Origin: an uncultured Methanosarcinaceae archaeon
Lineage (GTDB): Archaea; Halobacteriota; Methanosarcinia; Methanosarcinales; Methanosarcinaceae
Assembly (NCBI GenBank): GCA_963721455.1
Contig: CAVRJG010000064.1
Span: 22,582 to 86,581, forward strand
Direction of reading: 5' to 3'
DNA length: 64,000 bases
The notes under the pieces are model-generated. The model was not told where the DNA came from. It was given only the letters and a program-made list of their open reading frames with translations, and did not search any database. Positions 58,687 to 64,000 of the stretch are shown here, piece after piece (within the stretch, counting starts at the first letter, position 1; the number at the start of each line of letters is the position of its first letter). Both the position numbers and the translations under genes were made by a program.

Positions 58687-59703
58687 ATGTCGCCCGCCGG
58701 CAAATTGCCATCCGAAATTGAAAGAACTCTGGTCCGGAAGTCCGGCGCCTGGACAAATCCTTCTTACGGCTATTATCCGGAAAAGCGCCCTATCCTCGAG
58801 TATATCGAAAAGGGGGTTGTAAACATTGATAAACCCAAGGGGCCCACAAGCCATGAGGTTGCAGCCTGGGTAAAAGCCATTCTTGGCGTGAATACGGCAG
58901 GGCATGCAGGCTCTCTTGATCCCAAGGTTACAGGGCTTTTGCCAACTTTGCTCGGAAAGGCTACGAAAGCCGTGCCTGCTCTGCGCCTTTCGGGAAAGGA
59001 ATATGTCTGCCTGCTGAAGCTTCATCGGGAAATGCCTCCAAAACTGGTTCGGAAGGTCTGTGAGGAGTTTTCCGGCCCTATTTATCAGGTGCCTCCTATC
59101 AAATCCGCTGTAAAGCGCGTTCTCAGGATAAGGACGATCTATTATATTGAGGTGATTGAAATTGAAGGAAGTGCAGTGCTGTTTCGCGTAGGGTGCGAGG
59201 CAGGGACTTATATCCGGAAGCTCTGCCACGACATAGGGCTTGCTTTAGGCTGCGGTGGGCATATGCAGGAACTCAGGAGGACAAAGGCAGGCCCGTTTAC
59301 CGAGAAAACGCTTATCACCCTTCAGGACCTGAAAGACGCATATGTGTTCTGGAAGGAAGATGGGAATGAGTCTGAACTCAGGCGTGTCATCCGTCCCATG
59401 GAATCGGCTGTATCCCATCTCCCAAAAATTGTCCTGCGGGACAGTGCAGTAGATGCGGTCTGTTCCGGTGCCTCTCTGGCTGTTCCGGGTATTACGAGCC
59501 TGGATTCAAACCTTAAGAAAGGCGACCTTATCGCACTGTTTACCCTTAAAGGTGAACTTGTAGCCCTTGCAAAAGCTGAGATGAGTACAGAAGAGATACT
59601 CAAAGCCTCTACCGGGTTTGCAGCTACCACCGCACGGATTATGATGGAAATAGGGACTTACCCAAAAGGTTGGGCTAAAAAAGAAGAGAATGTCCAGCTC
59701 TAA
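58687..59703 (+). CDS. cbf5: H/ACA RNA-guided / tRNA pseudouridine synthase Cbf5
   Basis: DKPKGPTSHEV, GHAGSLDPKVTG, CEAGTYIRKLC; PUA domain. Confidence 0.96.
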   Translation: MSPAGKLPSEIERTLVRKSGAWTNPSYGYYPEKRPILEYIEKGVVNIDKPKGPTSHEVAAWVKAILGVNTAGHAGSLDPKVTGLLPTLLGKATKAVPALRLSGKEYVCLLKLHREMPPKLVRKVCEEFSGPIYQVPPIKSAVKRVLRIRTIYYIEVIEIEGSAVLFRVGCEAGTYIRKLCHDIGLALGCGGHMQELRRTKAGPFTEKTLITLQDLKDAYVFWKEDGNESELRRVIRPMESAVSHLPKIVLRDSAVDAVCSGASLAVPGITSLDSNLKKGDLIALFTLKGELVALAKAEMSTEEILKASTGFAATTARIMMEIGTYPKGWAKKEENVQL

Positions 59704-59743
59704 CCTTTAAAACTCTTTTTACATTATTGTTCCTAGAATAAGA

Positions 59744-59751
59744 TTTATATA
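59744..59751 (+). promoter_or_regulatory. TATA box for tRNA-Ser
   Basis: TTTATATA ~42 nt upstream of the tRNA. Confidence 0.6.
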
Positions 59752-59792
59752 TCACTATTCCGTTATGGTATAAGTCGTGCCATAAGTTTTGT

Positions 59793-59875
59793 GCCGAGGT
59801 AGTCTAGTGGTAGGGCGCAAGCCTGGAAAGCTTGTGGGGCTTAGCCCCTCGGGAGTTCGAATCTCCCCCTCGGCG
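59793..59875 (+). tRNA. tRNA-Ser (GGA)
   Basis: GCCGAGG/CCTCGGC acceptor, CAAGC-CT-GGA-AA-GCTTG, long variable arm. Confidence 0.96.
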
Positions 59876-60172
59876 TCAGATTTTTCTTATTTCTATATGT
59901 GCAAGTTTTTCAGTATTTTCTTTATATACGTCAACGTTTTTCTACAAATATTGTCTGCAATATTTTTCCTTACACCTCTGCAGAAGATTCATATTCAGTG
60001 ACGGATAAGGTGCAGATATCCTTATATACTGGTAACTGCATGTAAATGAACTCATCAGTATATGCTGTAAAGAAGCTCCTTTAGAGAGCTGCTCCTGAGT
60101 TTTTCGCGTATTCCTTTAGGGTATTCGATCAGGGGCTACAGGATGCTGTATGCATTCCCCAGGAGGGAGTAT

Positions 60173-60631
60173 ATGGTAGAAGAAAAGAATAATGAAGAAT
60201 TGAGGCATCTTGTTCGGATTATGAATACCGATTTGCAGGGGGCAAAGCCCGTACAGTACGCCCTTACAGGTCTTCCAGGCATTGGAAGGCGAACTGCTAT
60301 CCTTCTTGCAAGGGGCGCAGGGGTTGACCCTGCCGCTACACTTGGATATCTGCCAGATGAAGATGTGGTAAAACTCGACGATGCAATCGGAAGGTTTGAG
60401 GATATTGTACCTTCCTGGATGTTGAACAGGCAAAGGGACCTGGCAACAGGAGAGGACAAGCACCTGCTCGGAACGGATATCTTACTGACATTCAGGGAAG
60501 ATATTAACAACCTGAAGAAGGTCCGCGCCTACAGAGGTCTGAGGCATGAAAGAGGCCTTAAGGTCAGAGGACAGAGGACAAAATCCACAGGCCGCCGCGG
60601 GTCAACTGTCGGTGTCAGCAGGAAGAAGTGA
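60173..60631 (+). CDS. rps13: 30S ribosomal protein S13
   Basis: [28 protein letters not shown]; ATG after GGAGG. Confidence 0.97.
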   Translation: MVEEKNNEELRHLVRIMNTDLQGAKPVQYALTGLPGIGRRTAILLARGAGVDPAATLGYLPDEDVVKLDDAIGRFEDIVPSWMLNRQRDLATGEDKHLLGTDILLTFREDINNLKKVRAYRGLRHERGLKVRGQRTKSTGRRGSTVGVSRKK

Positions 60632-60653
60632 TTTTCCGATTAGGTGATTTTTA

Positions 60654-61696
<1,043 letters not shown>

Positions 61697-61793
61697 GAGA
61701 GTTCTTCATGGAATTCTTCGAGAGTTCCTCAGGGAATTCTTCAGAGAATTCTCTTTTTTTGAATGCATTAAAATATAAGGGAAATCAAGGTAT

Positions 61794-62594
61794 ATGACGA
61801 TGGAAGTAGACATTCTGGAGTTATCGGACAGATCTGCAAAATTCGTGCTTTCCAAGATTAGCACATCTTTTGCTAACGGCATTCGGCGTGCCATGATCGC
61901 GGATGTACCAACTCTTGCGATCGAGTATGTGAACCTTTATGACAACACCTCGGTACTCTATGATGAGCAGCTGACTCTACGTCTGTCCTTAATCCCGATA
62001 GTAACGGATGTAGAGACTTATGTGCCACAGGCAGAATGCGATGTCTGCGGAGGAGTGGGTTGTCCTGCCTGCGAGGTCTCCTTAACCCTCAGCGCAGAAG
62101 GCCCAGGGACTGTTTATTCGCGGGATCTTATCTCCTCTGACCCTAAGATCCAGCCTGCTGATCCCAACATACCGATTGTTGAGCTGAGAAAAGGGCAAAA
62201 ACTCGTGCTTGAAGCTATTGCGCATATGGGTTACGGCAGGGACAGTGTTAGGTGGCAGGCAGGAGTCGCTTGCGGTTACAAGAACGTGCCTATCATAACC
62301 ATTGCAAACTGTGACGCATGCGGGCACTGTGCAGCAGAATGCCCAAAAAGCATCATACGGCTCGAAGGGGCAGGGGCGAAGGTTGCTGACGAAGATGTGC
62401 TCAAATGCTCTATCTGCAGGCTCTGTGAGCAGGTATGTGACATTCACGCAATAAAAGTCAGCTTCGATGAAAACGCTTTTGTGTTTACCATGGAGTCCGA
62501 TGGTTCTTACACAGCCAGGGACCTTGCCCTGAATGCGGCAAAAGTGGTCAAAGGCAAAGCCGAAGAAATACTGAGCATTCTGGACCAGTTCTGA
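61794..62594 (+). CDS. rpoD: DNA-directed RNA polymerase subunit D (Rpo3) with ferredoxin-like Fe-S domain
   Basis: FANGIRRAMIADVPTLAI, NTSVLYDE, CDACGHCAAECP, CSICRLCEQVC. Confidence 0.97.
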   Translation: MTMEVDILELSDRSAKFVLSKISTSFANGIRRAMIADVPTLAIEYVNLYDNTSVLYDEQLTLRLSLIPIVTDVETYVPQAECDVCGGVGCPACEVSLTLSAEGPGTVYSRDLISSDPKIQPADPNIPIVELRKGQKLVLEAIAHMGYGRDSVRWQAGVACGYKNVPIITIANCDACGHCAAECPKSIIRLEGAGAKVADEDVLKCSICRLCEQVCDIHAIKVSFDENAFVFTMESDGSYTARDLALNAAKVVKGKAEEILSILDQF

Positions 62595-62902
62595 GCCCTC
62601 GCTCGGATACAGGCCCAAACCTCATTTTTTTTGGAATTCAAGTCTTCCGGTCCTGTAAAATCTCAATACGCAGATATTTCTCCGGAATTTTTGTACCCTA
62701 TTTTACGCCTATTTTCGCTATTTTACGCCGATTTTGTGCCTGAATACCGCAGGAAATATTTTGCTCTATCCGGGATCTTCCGGCAATTATCACCCGTGAC
62801 CTTCGCGGCTCGAAATGTTTATATATTATCCACGATATTGTGAGGGAGTACAAGGCGCAAAGCGCGCCGGATAATCAAATTAAAACAGAATTAAAACAAG
62901 AT

Positions 62903-62990
62903 GCGAGGGTTGCCCAGCCAGGTCAAAGGCGATAGGTTGAGGGCCTATTCTTGTAGGAGTTCGTGGGTTCGAATCCCATCCCTCGCACCA
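62903..62990 (+). tRNA. tRNA-Leu (GAG), CCA encoded
   Basis: GCGAGGG acceptor, ATAGG-TT-GAG-GG-CCTAT, variable arm. Confidence 0.96.
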
Positions 62991-63085
62991 AATTTCTTAA
63001 TCTGTTTCCTCCAAAATTTCATACATTTCTGCAAGTTCTTTTTGTAAAGGATTTCCTAATATTCTTTATATATATGTCTCGATAT

Positions 63086-63170
63086 GCGAGGGTTGCCCAG
63101 CCAGGTCAAAGGCGATAGGTTGAGGGCCTATTCTTGTAGGAGTTCGTGGGTTCGAATCCCATCCCTCGCA
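63086..63170 (+). tRNA. tRNA-Leu (GAG), second copy without encoded CCA
   Basis: Identical body to 62903..62987. Confidence 0.96.
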
Positions 63171-63266
63171 TTAAACATAATTCTATTGACTCAAGTTACA
63201 ATAAGTTTTGATAGGTCTTTTTTACAAAAGTTTTATTCAAGGGTTTGTTGATTTGTCATTCAATGT

Positions 63267-63351
63267 GCGAGGGTTGCCCAGCCCGGTCAAAGGCGCCGGA
63301 CTTAAGATCCGGTATTGAAGGATTTCGTGGGTTCGAATCCCACCCCTCGCA
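63267..63351 (+). tRNA. tRNA-Leu (TAA)
   Basis: CCGGA-CT-TAA-GA-TCCGG anticodon arm. Confidence 0.96.
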
Positions 63352-63378
63352 CTAACTTTTTATACATTTCTTGTGATT

Positions 63379-64000
63379 TTAAGTCGATCTGACCCGATTA
63401 TCTTTTTCTGACACTGTAAATCTTATAGTTAATTCCGTCCCATTATCTCTTTTCAGTTCAAGGTCACCATCTAACTGGTCTACAAGGGTGGTTATCAGTT
63501 GAAGCCCCAGACCACAAAGATCTTCAATTTCAAGGTTTTGAGGGATACCAACGCCATTATCTGAAATGGTCAGAGTAAAACTGGTATTCTTATTGTCTTC
63601 CTTTTTGCATTCTCCTTCTTCTCTACAAAGTTTTATTTGGATTTCTCCTCTGTCTCTGTCGTTAAATGCATGTTTTAGGGAATTGGAAACGAGTTCATTA
63701 ACAATTATTCCAAGAGGGACAGCAGTATCCATATCAAAGAATGCATCTTCTTCTAGGTCCATACTCAGATGAATATTTTTACTTTTAAGGCTATAAGTCT
63801 GGAAAAGGTTTTCAGCTAACTCTCTGATGTACGTTGAGAAATCTAATGTATCGGTTCCTTCTCCTTTATAAAGTTCTTCGTGGATGAGAGCCATCGATAT
63901 AACCCTATTTTGGCTTTCCCTAAAAGCCTCAATAACTCTCGGACTATCGAACTGATAGCCTGAAGGTCAAGAAGGGAAGAGATAACCTGCAGGTTATTTT
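63379..64000 (-). CDS. C-terminal part of a HisKA_2-type sensor histidine kinase (runs off the window; 1-bp frameshift near 63956)
   Basis: NNLQVISSLLDLQA / ESQNRVISMALIHEELY, NELVSNSLKHAF, DNGVG, GLGL. Confidence 0.88.

Noticed and set aside
61697-61755. 12-bp GAATTCTTCAG-like repeats between rps11 and rpoD (and TTTTACGCC repeats near 62690-62740)
   Set aside because: Short slippage-type repeats with no evidence of function
62290-62450. Ferredoxin-like Fe-S domain in RpoD as a novelty
   Set aside because: Already an established feature of Methanosarcina RNA polymerase subunit D

Overview
Archaeal window, almost certainly Methanosarcina (HdrA1C1B1 operon, PGF-pre-PGF and TIGR04279-like surface proteins, ferredoxin-domain RpoD). 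The left 40 kb holds metabolic and accessory genes: homoaconitase large subunit, hdrA1C1B1, two tandem HTH regulators, tRNA-Ile x2 and tRNA-Ala, SdpI, three FKBP PPIases, an NDP-sugar synthase/flippase-like/polyprenol kinase trio, a MoxR-DUF58-vWA operon, pheA, secreted proteins, an M20 amidohydrolase, a GNAT and a ~2.8-kb segmental duplication with one decayed copy. The right 24 kb is the S10/spc ribosomal superoperon, then secY-adk, camH, DUF106-cmk-cbf5, tRNA-Ser, rps13-rps4-rps11-rpoD, three tRNA-Leu and a partial histidine kinase. The most unusual signal is non-coding. Two dispersed palindromic repeat families co-occur at four loci: a modular, covarying, same-strand hairpin element, and a 9-bp-periodic inverted repeat. 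One hairpin element is nested inside a nonamer element whose paralogous site is empty, and a 131-bp MITE abuts another. Also notable are a CPxCG zinc-finger microprotein missing from the ORF track, candidate structured ncRNAs, a cysteine-less MvhD-like domain on HdrA1 and two probable non-AUG starts. Several frameshifts look like sequencing errors. All family assignments are from motif recognition, not database searches.
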